DNA of 64,000 nt from Chloroflexota bacterium (GCA_027593235.1 JAQCIU010000001.1:103132-167131); one strand, 5' to 3'; counted from the first letter of the stretch, positions 18,861-29,989 are shown. Notes: generated by a model from the sequence alone, not told the origin. A program made the numbers and translations.

Positions 18861-19496
18861 ATGGGCAAGTGGTGGCTGACGACGCCGATCTTCGTGGCCG
18901 CGGCACTTGCATCGATCACCGCGTGCGGCGGCGGTGCTGACGACGGCGGGTCCGAGCCGACCGCAACCGCAACCGCTACCTCGGCCGCCGCGCCGGCCGC
19001 CGATGACGCCGCCTCGGGCGACGCCACCACCGCCTTCCGCGAGCGAATGACCGCGATCGAGGCCGCCGTCGCCACCTGGCGTGCCGCCGAGACGATCGAG
19101 GACGCTCGCGCCGCCGCCGAGGCTGCTGCCAACCTCGTCGTCGGCCCCGCTGGTCCCGGCTACGGTGACCGCGACGGCAATGGGGCGATCGAGGGCGCAA
19201 GCGACATCGCCCTGCTCCCGGTGCTGGCCGCGCCGCTCGATGCCAACCCCTGCATCGTCGCCGACGTACTCGGTGGCTCGTGGGACGATCCCGAGGCCCG
19301 CTGGAACGCCATGCTCGCCGCCATCGAGGACTGGCGTCCCGACCACAACACCATGCCGAGCCTGCTCAGCCACCCGATGCGGATCGTTGGCTGGGCCACC
19401 TTCACCCTCGCCTCGGACTCCATCGATGAAGCGCACGAGTACGCCGGACACGCGCAGCTCCACGTGAACGTCTCGCTCGCCGCGCTCGATTGCTGA
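18861..19496 (+). CDS. Secreted lipoprotein of unknown function
   Basis: Lipobox LASITACGGG, Thr/Ala-rich linker. Confidence 0.55.
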   Translation: MGKWWLTTPIFVAAALASITACGGGADDGGSEPTATATATSAAAPAADDAASGDATTAFRERMTAIEAAVATWRAAETIEDARAAAEAAANLVVGPAGPGYGDRDGNGAIEGASDIALLPVLAAPLDANPCIVADVLGGSWDDPEARWNAMLAAIEDWRPDHNTMPSLLSHPMRIVGWATFTLASDSIDEAHEYAGHAQLHVNVSLAALDC

Positions 19497-19534
19497 GCGC
19501 GGCGGACGAGGTTGGGTGACGCCCCTCCCTGGGT

Positions 19535-20674
19535 TCAGCGCGCGGGAGCGGTCGCCGCGGTGGCGCCGGTCTTCGGGCGTCGCGGACCGGCGGCGGCACG
19601 ATCGGCGACGAGCGACGCGATGCGCTCGGCATCGCGCCCGACGCCGTGGACCATGTTCGAGGACATCGCGTTCAGGAACTCCAGGCCGACGAAATAGAGC
19701 CCCGGCTGATCGTCGGCGACGCCGCGCTGGTGTTTCGGTTCGTGCTCGCCGTGAATGGGCAGATCGATCCATGAGAAGCCGGGGTGGAACCCGGTGCACC
19801 AGATGACGTTGGGCGCATCCAGCACGCGGCCGTCCTCCAGCCGCGGTTGGCCATCCTCGGTCCCGGCGACGCGCGGTACGCGCTCCACGCTCGCCGCTTT
19901 CAGGTCACGGCTCTTCACGCGGATCAGCGGGCCGCCCTCGCTGATCACCTTCGGGCGCATGCGCCGACCCATCGGCGTGCCGACGGTGAGCACGCGGTGG
20001 AAGAGGCCGCGCAGCACCAGCCGCGTAAGCACGCGCCGTCCGAGGAACCCGTCGATGCGGAAAGGGACCTCCCCGACGTCACGGCCGGACAGCCAGACCT
20101 GACGATCGGCGGCGAGTTCGCGCGCGATTTCCGCTCCGGAGTTGCCGGCGCCGACGATCAGGACACCGCCTGGCTGGAGTTGTTCGGGATTGCGGTACTC
20201 GATGGAATGGAGCTGGGTGATCGCCGGCGCGAGTCCAGCGGCGAACGCCGGGACGTGCGGGCTCTGGTGGTTCGACATTGCGACGACCACCTGGTCGGCG
20301 CGCACGGTTCGATCGCCCAGGTTGAGCAGGAAGCCCTCGCCATCGCGGCTGAGCCGTTCGACACGGCGGCCGGTTTGCACCGGCAGCTCGAAGTGCGCGG
20401 CGTAGCTCTCGAGGTAATCGGCCATCGCGTCCTTCGTGACCAGCTCGAAGCGCGGCGCGGGGAACGGCATGCCGTCGAGCCCATCGAAGCGGGCGGGGGT
20501 GAAGAGCCGCAGTGAGTCCCAGCGGTTGCGCCAGACGTCGCCGATCCGCTCGTTGGCATCGAGGATGACGAAGGGGGCGCCCCGCTGCTTCAGGTGGTGG
20601 CCGACCGACAGGCCCGCCTGCCCGGCGCCGATGATCGCGGTGCCAACCTGCTCTGGACTGGATGGTGTCGTCAT
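19535..20674 (-). CDS. Flavin-containing monooxygenase / NAD(P)-binding FAD oxidoreductase
   Basis: GTAIIGAGQAGLSVGHHLKQRG; VLIVGAGNSGAEIARELA. Confidence 0.92.
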   Translation of the reverse strand: MTTPSSPEQVGTAIIGAGQAGLSVGHHLKQRGAPFVILDANERIGDVWRNRWDSLRLFTPARFDGLDGMPFPAPRFELVTKDAMADYLESYAAHFELPVQTGRRVERLSRDGEGFLLNLGDRTVRADQVVVAMSNHQSPHVPAFAAGLAPAITQLHSIEYRNPEQLQPGGVLIVGAGNSGAEIARELAADRQVWLSGRDVGEVPFRIDGFLGRRVLTRLVLRGLFHRVLTVGTPMGRRMRPKVISEGGPLIRVKSRDLKAASVERVPRVAGTEDGQPRLEDGRVLDAPNVIWCTGFHPGFSWIDLPIHGEHEPKHQRGVADDQPGLYFVGLEFLNAMSSNMVHGVGRDAERIASLVADRAAAGPRRPKTGATAATAPAR

Positions 20675-20807
20675 GGCGGTGCTCCGTACTGCTGACCGGC
20701 GCGAACGCGACGGGTTGCATCAAACGCTACGGAAGGGTGGCGGGCGTGACTTCGATCGAACTGTCCATTTCGCGGCGGGACCGCGTATGGGTGATCTGAT
20801 GTAGTCG

Positions 20808-22436
20808 CTAGAGCAGGTCGTGCTCGTAAGCGTAGGCCGTGGCAGCCGAGCGCGAAGAGAGTCCGAGCTTGCCGAAGATGTTGCTGACGTGGCGCGCGAC
20901 CGTCTTATCGCTGATTGTCAGGTGCTCAGCGATCGCGCGGTTCGTCATCCCGGTGGCGACGAGGCTGAGGATCTTCAGCTCGCGTGGGGTCAGCCAGCCC
21001 GGCGCCGTGCTGGTGCCCCCCTCGGCAGCGAGGCGCGCGAGGTCGTTGGCGGCGCCGAGGTGTTCGAAGGTGTCGCGCGCCGCCGTCCGCTCGGCGGTAG
21101 CGCGCTCGGTGTCGCCCTCGCCGTCGGCGACGCGTGCGAGCAGAACACGGGTGCGCGCGGCCTCGTAGGGGGCGCCAAGCGAGAGCCAGATCGTCAGCGC
21201 CTGCCGGAGCTGTGTGCTCGCTTCGGTCAGATCGTCGTCGGCGAGCGCGATCGCTCCGGCCGCCTGCGCGGCGCTGGCCTCGAGGAACGGCGCGCTGAGC
21301 TGTCCAGCGAGGGCGTTGAGTTCCTCGAGCGAGACGGTCGCGAGCGCCGAGTCATTCGCCGCGAGCGCGATTTCGACGGCGGCGATCAGCAAGCGAGCGC
21401 GGGTCGCCGGGACGTGGTGTTCGTTGAGCGCGTGGCGGATCGCGGTGGTCGCCGCGTCACCGCGTCCCTGATCGAGCCGCAGCAGCGCGAGACCCGGCTC
21501 CGGATCGACGCCGTGATCGGCGGCACGGCGGAATGCTTCCTGCGCTGCCGGCAGCGCGCCAATCAGCCGCTGCAGCTCGCCCTGCCGGTAGTAGGCGTCG
21601 CCGATTTCGGGTCGTGGCGGTTCGGAGAGGATCTGGAAGGCGCGCTGCGTTTCCGCCGCGGCATCCGGCCATGAGCCATGCAACTGCATGATCTCCGCGC
21701 GGTAGAGCAGGCACTTCCCGCGGAACGGAACCAGATCCGGCTGCGACTCGCACCAGCGGTGGAGTGCCTGCGTCCATTCCTGCGCGCGCGCCAGGTCGAA
21801 GAGCTCCTGGCACACCTCGATCACCGCGCAGTAGACGATGCCGGCGACGACCGGGCCGACGTCGCCGGCGAGGACGCTGACCATCGCCTCGTCGAGCAAC
21901 GCCGCGCCGCGTACCGGTTCGCCGAGGCGTATCAGCGACTGCCCCTGACCAAGCCGTCCGAGGGTGGCCAGGTCCAGATCGTCGAAGCGTTCGCCGATCG
22001 CCGCCAGTTCCTCGAAGTGCTTGATCGCCTCCGCCGGGTTGCGCTCCTCGAGCAGTTGCAGCGCGCCGGGGAGTTTCAAGTAGCCATGTACCGGGGAATC
22101 CACGCCCGAGCGATCGAGGATGCGCTCCGTCCGCGCGAACCAGCCGCCAGCCTGCGCAGGCTCTCCGCGCTGGACCATCCCGAACGCTAACCAGAACGCA
22201 CAGCGCGCAGCGGATCCCGGGTCATCCGCCGCGAGGTAGCCGTGGTGCGCGCGCTCCCAGAGCGCCGCGCTGCGGTCGTCCTCGGCGATCAGGTAGGCGA
22301 CGACGGCGAACCGTTCGAGGTCTGGCGGGAGCAGGGTGCCAGCGCTGTCCGCCGCCTCAAGTGTGGCGAACGCGCTGCCCCAGTCGCGCGCGACGACGGC
22401 GTCGCGGCCGATGTTCCCGTCGCTCGGTCCGTTCAT
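20808..22436 (-). CDS. LuxR-type regulator with TPR-like N-terminal region
   Basis: C-terminal LTPRELKILSLVATGMTNRAIAEHLTISDKTVARHVSNIFGKLGLSSRSAATAYA; alpha-helical repeats upstream. Confidence 0.88.
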   Translation of the reverse strand: MNGPSDGNIGRDAVVARDWGSAFATLEAADSAGTLLPPDLERFAVVAYLIAEDDRSAALWERAHHGYLAADDPGSAARCAFWLAFGMVQRGEPAQAGGWFARTERILDRSGVDSPVHGYLKLPGALQLLEERNPAEAIKHFEELAAIGERFDDLDLATLGRLGQGQSLIRLGEPVRGAALLDEAMVSVLAGDVGPVVAGIVYCAVIEVCQELFDLARAQEWTQALHRWCESQPDLVPFRGKCLLYRAEIMQLHGSWPDAAAETQRAFQILSEPPRPEIGDAYYRQGELQRLIGALPAAQEAFRRAADHGVDPEPGLALLRLDQGRGDAATTAIRHALNEHHVPATRARLLIAAVEIALAANDSALATVSLEELNALAGQLSAPFLEASAAQAAGAIALADDDLTEASTQLRQALTIWLSLGAPYEAARTRVLLARVADGEGDTERATAERTAARDTFEHLGAANDLARLAAEGGTSTAPGWLTPRELKILSLVATGMTNRAIAEHLTISDKTVARHVSNIFGKLGLSSRSAATAYAYEHDLL

Positions 22437-22581
22437 GACAGCTCGCGCTCCGTCCGGCCTGTGCCGGGATGATAGGGGGACAGCGGGTCGCCATGGTCGC
22501 GGCGGCGCCTCGACCGCACCTCGACGCCACCACGCTCGCCGCTATGCTCCGTCGAGACCAAGCGGGTACGAGGGGGACGGC

Positions 22582-24063
22582 ATGCCTGATGTGATCGTGG
22601 TCGGCGCGGGGAACGCGGCGATGTGCGCCGCACTGGCGGCGCGCGAGCGCGGCGCCGAGGTGGTGGTCCTCGAAAAGGCCGAACGCGGCGAGCGCGGCGG
22701 CAACACCTTCTTCACCGGCGGCGGCTACCGCTTCCCGTACCGCGGCATCGAGGACATCCAGGGGCTGATCCCGGATCTGTCGGAGGCGGAGCTGGCACGC
22801 ATCGATGTGGGTTCGTACCCGGAGTCGGAGATGCGCTCCGACCTGATGCGGGTGACGGAGAGCAAGGCCGATCCGGCGATGGTCGATCACCTGGTGACCC
22901 AGGCGTACCCCACGATGCGCTGGCTGCACGAGCAGCACGGCATGAAGTGGGTACTGATGTACGGCCGCCAGGCCTACGAGGTGGACGGCAAGCTGCGCTT
23001 CTGGGGCGGGATGATCACCGAGGGTGTCGGCGGCGGCGAAGGCATCTCGGAACAGGAGTTCGCGGCCGCCGAGCGCGCCGGCATCGAGATCCGCTACGGC
23101 GCGAAGGCGACGGCGCTGCTCACCGATGAGCACACCGGCCGGGTCACCGGCGTCCGCGTCCAGACCACGGGCCAGCTCGAGGACCTGCACGCGAAGTCCG
23201 TCGTCCTTGCCGCCGGCGGCTTCGAGGCGAACGTCGAGATGCGGACGCGCTACCTCGGGGCGGGTTGGGAGTTCGCGAAGGTACGCGGAACGCGACATAA
23301 CACCGGCGAGGTGATTCGCCAGGCCCTCGAGATTGGGGCGCAGCCGTACGGGCACTGGTCGAGCGGGCACGCCGTGGCGTGGGACCTCAATGCGCCGCCG
23401 ACGGGCAACCGGCGGGTGGGCGACCTCTACCAGAAGCACTCGTACCCGCTGGGGCTGATCGTCAACATCAACGGCGACCGCTTCGTGGACGAGGGGGCGG
23501 ACCTCCGCAACTACACCTACGCGAAATACGGCCGCGAGATCCTGAAGCAGCCGTACAGCGTGGCGTTCCAGCTCTTCGATCAGCAGACCGTGGCGATGCT
23601 CCGCGACGAGTACCGCATCCGCGAGATCACGAAGGGCGAGGGCGACACGATCGAGGCGCTCGCCGACAGCCTCGGGATCGAGGTCAACGGCCTCGTCAGC
23701 ACCGTCGAGGCGTACAACGCTGCCTGCCAGCCCGGCGAGTTCAACCCGGCCGTCCGCGACGGCCTCCACACCGAGGGCATCGATCCGCCGAAGTCGAACT
23801 GGGCGCTGCCGCTGAACCAGCCCCCGTACTTCGGCGTCGCCGTCACCTGCGGCGTCACGTTCACCTTCGGCGGCCTCCGCATCGAGGCGAAGACGGCGCA
23901 GGTCCTCGATACGGAGGATCGCCCGATGCCGGGCCTCTACGCCGCGGGCGAGCTGGTCGGCGGGTTGTTCTACCACAACTACGCGGGCGGGACGGGGCTG
24001 ATGTCAGGGTCGGTGTTTGGCCGTTCGGCGGGGTACGCGGCCGCGGAAGCGGCGCTCGCCTAG
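22582..24063 (+). CDS. FAD-dependent tricarballylate dehydrogenase/fumarate reductase flavoprotein-like
   Basis: MPDVIVVGAGNAAMCAALAARERGAEVVVLEKAERGERGGNTFFTGGGYRF. Confidence 0.88.
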   Translation: MPDVIVVGAGNAAMCAALAARERGAEVVVLEKAERGERGGNTFFTGGGYRFPYRGIEDIQGLIPDLSEAELARIDVGSYPESEMRSDLMRVTESKADPAMVDHLVTQAYPTMRWLHEQHGMKWVLMYGRQAYEVDGKLRFWGGMITEGVGGGEGISEQEFAAAERAGIEIRYGAKATALLTDEHTGRVTGVRVQTTGQLEDLHAKSVVLAAGGFEANVEMRTRYLGAGWEFAKVRGTRHNTGEVIRQALEIGAQPYGHWSSGHAVAWDLNAPPTGNRRVGDLYQKHSYPLGLIVNINGDRFVDEGADLRNYTYAKYGREILKQPYSVAFQLFDQQTVAMLRDEYRIREITKGEGDTIEALADSLGIEVNGLVSTVEAYNAACQPGEFNPAVRDGLHTEGIDPPKSNWALPLNQPPYFGVAVTCGVTFTFGGLRIEAKTAQVLDTEDRPMPGLYAAGELVGGLFYHNYAGGTGLMSGSVFGRSAGYAAAEAALA

Positions 24064-24079
24064 CGGGTAGGTGCGGGGG

Positions 24080-24676
24080 CTACTCGCGGTCCAGCCATTT
24101 CTCGACATAGACGGGCTGGAACGCCTCGATGGCGGCGAGTAGGGCGGGGACATCGCCCTCGACGATCAGGGCGTCCCGCTGCGATTCGGCGAGGAAGCGC
24201 TCGCGGACCGCGCCGTCGATGAACTCCAGCAGCGGATCGAAGTAGCCAGCGATGTTGAAGAGCGCGCACGGCTTCTGGTGCAGGCCGAGTTGTGACCACG
24301 TGAGCACTTCGAAGAACTCGTCGATCGTTCCGAAGCCGCCGGGCATCGCGACGAAGGCGTCCGACAACTCCACCATCATTGCCTTGCGCGCGTGCATGCA
24401 GTCGACCGTGTGAAGCTCGGTCAGCCCGGGGTGGGCGACCTCGTGGCTGACCAGCGATTCCGGGAGCACGCCGATCACCTCGCCGCCGGCCTCCAGGGCG
24501 GCGTTGGCCAGGATGCCCATCAGCCCTACGTTCGCGCCGCCGTAGACCAGCCCCGTCCCGCGGCCGGCCAGCGCCACGCCGAGTGACTGAGCGGCGATGC
24601 GGTAGTCGTCGCGGCGGCCCGGACTGGATCCGGTGAAGACGCAGATGCGGCGAAGCGGGGCCATTTCTCCACCCAA
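24080..24676 (-). CDS. LOG family protein (TIGR00730-like, cytokinin riboside phosphoribohydrolase type)
   Basis: RICVFTGSSPGRRDDY...PGGFGTIDEFFEVLTWSQLG. Confidence 0.92.
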   Translation of the reverse strand: MGGEMAPLRRICVFTGSSPGRRDDYRIAAQSLGVALAGRGTGLVYGGANVGLMGILANAALEAGGEVIGVLPESLVSHEVAHPGLTELHTVDCMHARKAMMVELSDAFVAMPGGFGTIDEFFEVLTWSQLGLHQKPCALFNIAGYFDPLLEFIDGAVRERFLAESQRDALIVEGDVPALLAAIEAFQPVYVEKWLDRE

Positions 24677-24804
24677 CGTTCGTCCGACCGCCGCTCGCCG
24701 CGTTGCGTGATCGGTCGTCCGAGGATGCGTGGAAGATCCGAACGGCGCACCTCACACCTCACTCCACCGCACGGTGTAGGCTCGCGAGGCGGAAGGGACT
24801 CTCC

Positions 24805-25857
24805 ATGGCCGAACCGGTCCAGTTCGGGCTGAATCGCTGGAACTTCAGTTCGCCTGCATCGTTCGCGCTCGATGTGCGAGAGGGCGAGGAGCAGGGCTGG
24901 AAACTGGCGCTGATCCCGTCGTCGCCGCTGCTGGTGCCGGACCCGTACGTGATGCTGGCCTTCGCGGCGCGGGGAACCGATCGGATCAAGCTGGGTCCGT
25001 TCATCGAGAACCCCGTGATGCGACACCCGGCGGTACTCGCCTCCTCGATCGCGACCGTTGACGCCGTCGCCAGCGGGCGCACGTTGCTGACGCTGGGATC
25101 GGGCGACACCTCCGTGCGGCTGATGGGCAAGCGCCCGGCGAAGGTCGTGGAGCTGGAGGAGGCGACGCAGCTTGCGCGCCAGCTCCTCTCCGGCGAGAAC
25201 GTCGATACCGGGGCACGCCAGCCCGCACGGTTGCGGCACGCCCGCCGCGTCCCCGTCTGGATCGCCGCCGGCGGGCCGCGCACGTTGCGCATGGCCGGCC
25301 GCGTCGCCGACGGCGTCTTCATCCGCGTCGGCCGCCACGAGGCGAACCTGCGCGCGGCCGTGGAGGCCGTGCACGCCGGGGCCCGCGAGGTCGGTCGTGA
25401 CTCTTCGGACGTGCAGATCGGCGTGGTACTGCACACGCTGCTGACCAACGATCACGCCTATGCGGCACGCGTCGGACGCGCGATCGCGGCGGGTTTCTAC
25501 GAGTACTCGCCGATGCTGTTCGAGGGCGCCGGCCTCGAATGGGGCGGACCGGACGTGAAGTCGTTGCGGGACCGCGTCTGGCCGGACTTCCACCACGCCG
25601 AGGACCTGGCCGCCGCCGGTAAGGTCGTCGACTTCCTGAGCGACGAAGCCGCCGCGGCCTTCGCGGTGAGCGGCGGCACCGACGAGCTGGTGACGCAGCT
25701 TCGAGGCGTGCTCAAGCTCGGCTTGCCGATTTCGACGGTCGTGATCCACCGCCTCCCGGGCAACCCGGGAGCGAAGGCCGTGCGCGGTGCGCGCGGCTGG
25801 AAAGAGATCGTGGCGCGCGACGTGCTCGAACGGCTGCAGCCGGTCGCGATCGACTAG
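24805..25857 (+). CDS. LLM class flavin/F420-dependent oxidoreductase
   Basis: [17 protein letters not shown]...[51 protein letters not shown]. Confidence 0.9.
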   Translation: MAEPVQFGLNRWNFSSPASFALDVREGEEQGWKLALIPSSPLLVPDPYVMLAFAARGTDRIKLGPFIENPVMRHPAVLASSIATVDAVASGRTLLTLGSGDTSVRLMGKRPAKVVELEEATQLARQLLSGENVDTGARQPARLRHARRVPVWIAAGGPRTLRMAGRVADGVFIRVGRHEANLRAAVEAVHAGAREVGRDSSDVQIGVVLHTLLTNDHAYAARVGRAIAAGFYEYSPMLFEGAGLEWGGPDVKSLRDRVWPDFHHAEDLAAAGKVVDFLSDEAAAAFAVSGGTDELVTQLRGVLKLGLPISTVVIHRLPGNPGAKAVRGARGWKEIVARDVLERLQPVAID

Positions 25858-26390
25858 CGCTTCTTCGGCTTGCCCGCCTGCGCCAGCAGCTCCGCGTAGG
25901 CCTCGTGGTTTGCCGCGTTGAAGCAGACCAGCGTGACCTCGTCGATGTTGGCGTTCACCTCGAGGACCTCGCGGATCGCTGCGAGGGCGATCGCGGCGGC
26001 GCGGCGGATCGGGAAGCCGTAGAGGCCCGTGCTGATCGAGGGGAACGCGATCGTGCGCGCCCCCAGTTCGAGGGCGAGCGCGAGCGAGTTGCGGTAGCAA
26101 GCGACGAGCGTCGCGTCCTCGCCGTTGTCGCCGCCACGCCAGATCGGTCCGACGGTGTGAATGATCAGCGCCGCCGGCAGCGCGTAGCCCGCGGTCGCAC
26201 GCGCCTCGCCCGGCGGGCAGCCACCGAGGTCGCGACAGGCATCGAGGAGTGCGGGGCCTGCCGCCGCGTGGATCGCGCCGTCCACGCCGCCGCCGCCACG
26301 CAGCTCGGCATTCGCGGCGTTGACGATCGCGTCGACCTCCAGGGTCGTGATGTCGTCGCGGATCAGGCGGATGCGGGGGTCCGCGGTCAC
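25854..26390 (-). CDS. Macrodomain protein (O-acetyl-ADP-ribose deacetylase-like)
   Basis: [36 protein letters not shown]. Confidence 0.95.
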   Translation of the reverse strand: MTADPRIRLIRDDITTLEVDAIVNAANAELRGGGGVDGAIHAAAGPALLDACRDLGGCPPGEARATAGYALPAALIIHTVGPIWRGGDNGEDATLVACYRNSLALALELGARTIAFPSISTGLYGFPIRRAAAIALAAIREVLEVNANIDEVTLVCFNAANHEAYAELLAQAGKPKKR

Positions 26391-27466
26391 GGCTCCGGTT
26401 CCGTTCCGTCGACGGCTTCGACCACGATCTCGGTCAGCTCCTCGGCAGCGCGTTCGCTGTAGCCGAAGAGGTCACGCATCTTCAGGTCGAGCGACCACAT
26501 CGCGACCAGCCCGGTCGCGCCGATCCAGACCATCAGCAGCAGGCGGGAGCCAATCGCGTAACTGGAAGCATCGAGGCGGGTCGATCCGAGCAGCACCAGC
26601 ACCTCGGTCACGGCGACCTCGTAGGGGCCGATGCTCCAGGGGGTGAGCGGGATCGCCTGCGCCATGTTGGCGGCGATCATCACGGTCAGCGCCTCGGAGA
26701 AGGCGAGCTCGATGCCGAAGGCCTTGCCCATGTACCACCAGACGCCAACCTCCAGCAGCCAGGCAAAGACAGAGAGGGCGACGGCGATCACGGCGCTGCG
26801 CCAGTCGCTGAGCGCCGTCATGCCGGTCACCCACTGACCGAGCCAGCGGTTCACGTGCGGGCGTGCCCGTCGCGGGACCAGTAGCCGCCAGACGCTGTTG
26901 TCGACGGACCAGCTATTCCCTCGGCGGGCGGCGCGGATCGAGACGGAGGCGACGAGCAGCACGACCGCTGCCAGCGCACCGACCCCCGGTCGCAGCGAGG
27001 TGGGGAGATCGAAGATCAGCAGCCCGCCGAACGCAAGCAGCACGAACGCGACGCCATCGAGCAGCGACTCGACGAGGAAGACGCTGCTCGCCATCTCCGC
27101 GCGCGGAACGCCGTAACGGCGGCTGGGCAGCTCGACGCGCAGCAGATCGCCGGCCCGCAACGGCACGATCGCGTTCGCGAGGTTGGACACCAGGAACAGC
27201 TCAAAGAGGCGGCGGAACGGGATCCCCTTGCGGTGGCGGAGGAACCAGCGCCAGCGGTAGGCGTGCACGAACTTCGACAGCGAGAAGGTGAGCGTGCCAG
27301 CGAGCGCCCACTTCAGTTGGAGCTCCGGCAGGTTGCGGACGGCGCCGACGACATCGACGCGCCAGAGGAAGGCGGCGAGGATGAAGCCGCCGAGGAAGAG
27401 CTGGACAAGGATCGCGGTGCGCCAACGCCGGCTTGCCGGTGCCGCTGTCACGCCTGGGGTCTTCAC
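26387..27466 (-). CDS. Lysylphosphatidylglycerol synthase TM-region / AglD-like membrane protein
   Basis: [27 protein letters not shown]...[37 protein letters not shown]. Confidence 0.8.
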   Translation of the reverse strand: MKTPGVTAAPASRRWRTAILVQLFLGGFILAAFLWRVDVVGAVRNLPELQLKWALAGTLTFSLSKFVHAYRWRWFLRHRKGIPFRRLFELFLVSNLANAIVPLRAGDLLRVELPSRRYGVPRAEMASSVFLVESLLDGVAFVLLAFGGLLIFDLPTSLRPGVGALAAVVLLVASVSIRAARRGNSWSVDNSVWRLLVPRRARPHVNRWLGQWVTGMTALSDWRSAVIAVALSVFAWLLEVGVWWYMGKAFGIELAFSEALTVMIAANMAQAIPLTPWSIGPYEVAVTEVLVLLGSTRLDASSYAIGSRLLLMVWIGATGLVAMWSLDLKMRDLFGYSERAAEELTEIVVEAVDGTEPEP

Positions 27467-27674
27467 GCGGCACGGACCAGCGACCCACCGATCGGCGCGG
27501 GCAACCCCGGCTCGGGTCGAGGCCGGGTGGTGGCGAATATCGGCGCGCGTTCGCGCGAGCGTGGGCGGTCCGGCATCGTGCAACAGCGTAACCCCGGGAC
27601 AGGCGCGAATCGCCGATCACCGGAGGATGACACGCGCATCATCCGCCGGTCCCGTGGACTGTCCGAGGAGCGAC

Positions 27675-29048
27675 ATGGACGACGCTGGTGCAGCGCGTAA
27701 GCCCGGCGACCCGGGAGCACCTCCCGCACCGGCGACGGCGCGGGTGCCGGTGCGCGCGATCTCGCTGCTGCTCCCTTCGGCGCTGAACCTGGGCATCGCG
27801 CAACTGCTGGCGCCGGTGTTGAACGCGCTGCTCGCACGCACCTCCGATCCGGAAGCGGCGATTGGCGGCTTCGCCGTTGCGCTGGGCATCAGCGGGTTGA
27901 TCGCGGTGCCGCAGCTCCGTATCCAGCACCTGACGCTCGTGTTCCTCGAGGGCCGGTCGTCGCTGTTGGCGTTGCGCCGCTTCGTCGCTGTGTTTGTCGT
28001 GGCGGTCAGTGCGGTCGCGCTGTTGGTGGCGCTCACGCCGCTGTCCGGCCTGGTGCTCGGCCGCTTGTTCGCCACCGAGGGCAACATCCGCGACGAGGCG
28101 GCGGTGTCGCTCATCGCGCTGATCCCGTTCCCCGCGCTGACCGTCGCGCGCATGCACCTCTACGGAATCGCGCTCCGCTCGGAACGTCCGAGGGTGGTCT
28201 GGGCCGGCACCGTCGGCGGCGCCACGGCGGTGCTCGCCACCGCCTCGGTACTGCTCGCGCTCGGCGTCGATGGCGCGCCGGTCGCCGCGATCGCCGTCAG
28301 CGTCGGCGCGGCCCTCGAGGTCGCAGGGCTGTCGGTGCTGGCGGGCGGCCTCGGATCGGATCGCCTCGTGTCGATCGAGGCGCCCAGCCAGCGCGCCCTG
28401 CTGGTGTTCTTCACGCCGCTGCTATTCGCTGCGTTCCTCCCCGCCGTCAGCACGCCGCTAATCACCGCGACGATCGCGCGCGCGCCTGAGGCGGACGTCT
28501 CGCTGGCCGCCTTCCCGCTCGCGATGAGCGTCTTCACCTTCGTCACGCTGATCGCCGGCGGCGTGCAACCGACAGTGCTCTCGCAGTTCAGCCGCGGCGA
28601 CGATCCTCGCGGCATCCGGCGCTTCGCCGTCATCGTGGGCTTCGTCGCGATGATCGGCGGGTTGCTCGTGGCCTGGGTGCCGCCGCTGACGGAGCTGGTG
28701 ATCGCCGACATGCTCGGCGCGTCCGGTCGGCTGTTCGATCTGTCGGTGGTGGGCCTGCGCGTGCTCTCGTTCCTGCCGCCGCTGCTCACCGTGGAGCAGC
28801 TCTACGCCGCAGTGCTGTTGCACACGAAGCGCACTCGAGCGCTGGTCTGGGTGAACGCCTGGCGCCTGCTCGGGCTGGTTCTCTATGTGGTGCTGGTACT
28901 TCGGCTGACCGACTGGTCAGGGGCGGCGGTGGGCGCCGGCGCGATCTCGTTCACGCTGGCGCTGGAGGCCGTGGTCGCCGTGCTCTACGGCCGAGGGCCG
29001 TTCCTCGGCATGTTGCGGGCGGCGTCTCCGCGGCACCCCTCGCGCTGA
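27675..29048 (+). CDS. Polysaccharide-export/MATE-like multi-pass membrane protein
   Basis: 458-codon ORF, about 12 TM segments, ISLLLPSALNLGIAQLLAPVLNALLARTSDPEAAIGGFAVALGI. Confidence 0.65.
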   Translation: MDDAGAARKPGDPGAPPAPATARVPVRAISLLLPSALNLGIAQLLAPVLNALLARTSDPEAAIGGFAVALGISGLIAVPQLRIQHLTLVFLEGRSSLLALRRFVAVFVVAVSAVALLVALTPLSGLVLGRLFATEGNIRDEAAVSLIALIPFPALTVARMHLYGIALRSERPRVVWAGTVGGATAVLATASVLLALGVDGAPVAAIAVSVGAALEVAGLSVLAGGLGSDRLVSIEAPSQRALLVFFTPLLFAAFLPAVSTPLITATIARAPEADVSLAAFPLAMSVFTFVTLIAGGVQPTVLSQFSRGDDPRGIRRFAVIVGFVAMIGGLLVAWVPPLTELVIADMLGASGRLFDLSVVGLRVLSFLPPLLTVEQLYAAVLLHTKRTRALVWVNAWRLLGLVLYVVLVLRLTDWSGAAVGAGAISFTLALEAVVAVLYGRGPFLGMLRAASPRHPSR

Positions 29049-29053
29049 TCCGC

Positions 29054-29102
29054 GCAAGTGCCATCGAGGGCGGGCAAGCGCCATCGAGGGCGGGCGAGCG
29101 CC
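29054..29102. repeat. 20-bp tandem repeat, two full units and partial third
   Basis: GCAAGTGCCATCGAGGGCGG / GCAAGCGCCATCGAGGGCGG / GCGAGCGCC. Confidence 0.8.
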
Positions 29103-29172
29103 GCCGGACGGACGCCGGACCGGCGCGCGGCGCGGTAGGCTCTGGGCCAGGCCCAGCTTCGGGAGGTGGACC

Positions 29173-29772
29173 ATGCGCGTTCGAGGGGTTGCACTCGCCG
29201 GCGGACTCGCCGCCGTCGGCACACTCTGGGCGGCGGTCGCGCGGCGCAGCCGCGGCGGCGACGGCGCTGACGACGAGGATCGCAGCGGGAACGGCCCGCC
29301 CTCGTTCCGATCGCACTTCACCGTGCGCGCCCCGCTCGAGGTGGTCGCCCGCTTCCACGCCGATCCTCGGGCGCTGCTCCGCTTGACCCCGCCGCCGACG
29401 ATCATCCGCGTGCACCGCATGGATCCGCTCGCCGAAGGCTCGGTCAGCGACTTCACGATGTGGGTCGGTCCGCCGATCCACTGGCGTGCCGTCCACAGCG
29501 ACCTCGGCCCGAATGGCTTCACCGATACCCAGGAGCGCGGCCCGATGGCGCGCTGGGTGCACCGCCATTACTACCGCGCACTCGCGCCCGATCGCACCGA
29601 GGTGACCGACGAGATCTGGTACGCCCACCCGGCGGGGTGGCGCGGCCTGCTCACGCGCCTGCTCTTCTCCACCATCCCGCTACGCGGCCTCTTCGCCTAC
29701 CGCTCGTGGGTCACCCGCCGCACCCTCGACTCGCGACGCGACAGCTCGCTGGAGTGGCACGCCTCCGAGTAG
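29173..29772 (+). CDS. SRPBCC family protein
   Basis: FRSHFTVRAPLEVVARFHADPRALLRLTPPPT...DEIWYAHPAG. Confidence 0.75.
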   Translation: MRVRGVALAGGLAAVGTLWAAVARRSRGGDGADDEDRSGNGPPSFRSHFTVRAPLEVVARFHADPRALLRLTPPPTIIRVHRMDPLAEGSVSDFTMWVGPPIHWRAVHSDLGPNGFTDTQERGPMARWVHRHYYRALAPDRTEVTDEIWYAHPAGWRGLLTRLLFSTIPLRGLFAYRSWVTRRTLDSRRDSSLEWHASE

Positions 29773-29962
29773 CGCCCGATTCGCGGGAGATCCGCGTCAG
29801 GCCGTCACGCCGGGCACGGAGTCGCGCCTCGGCCCCCGCGGAGCTTCGCTCCGAGTCTGTCTAGGTTGTGAAAAAGCTCTTTAGCGAATGGACATAACCT
29901 CACCCATTCCACACCGTGGAAGGAGTATGTTCACCGCGACCCCCGCTCCGCGCGGGGGCCGA

Positions 29963-29989
29963 CGGTCCGGGGATGGATCCCGCGGACCG
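29963..29989 (+). promoter_or_regulatory. Strong nested hairpin in leader of SipW-dependent/TasA-like locus
   Basis: CGGTCCG-GGGAT-GG-ATCCC-G-CGGACCG. Confidence 0.4.

Noticed and set aside
25854-26390. Macrodomain protein as part of a DarT/DarG-like system
   Set aside because: No DarT-like ADP-ribosyltransferase neighbour; flanked by an oxidoreductase and an LPG-synthase-like protein.
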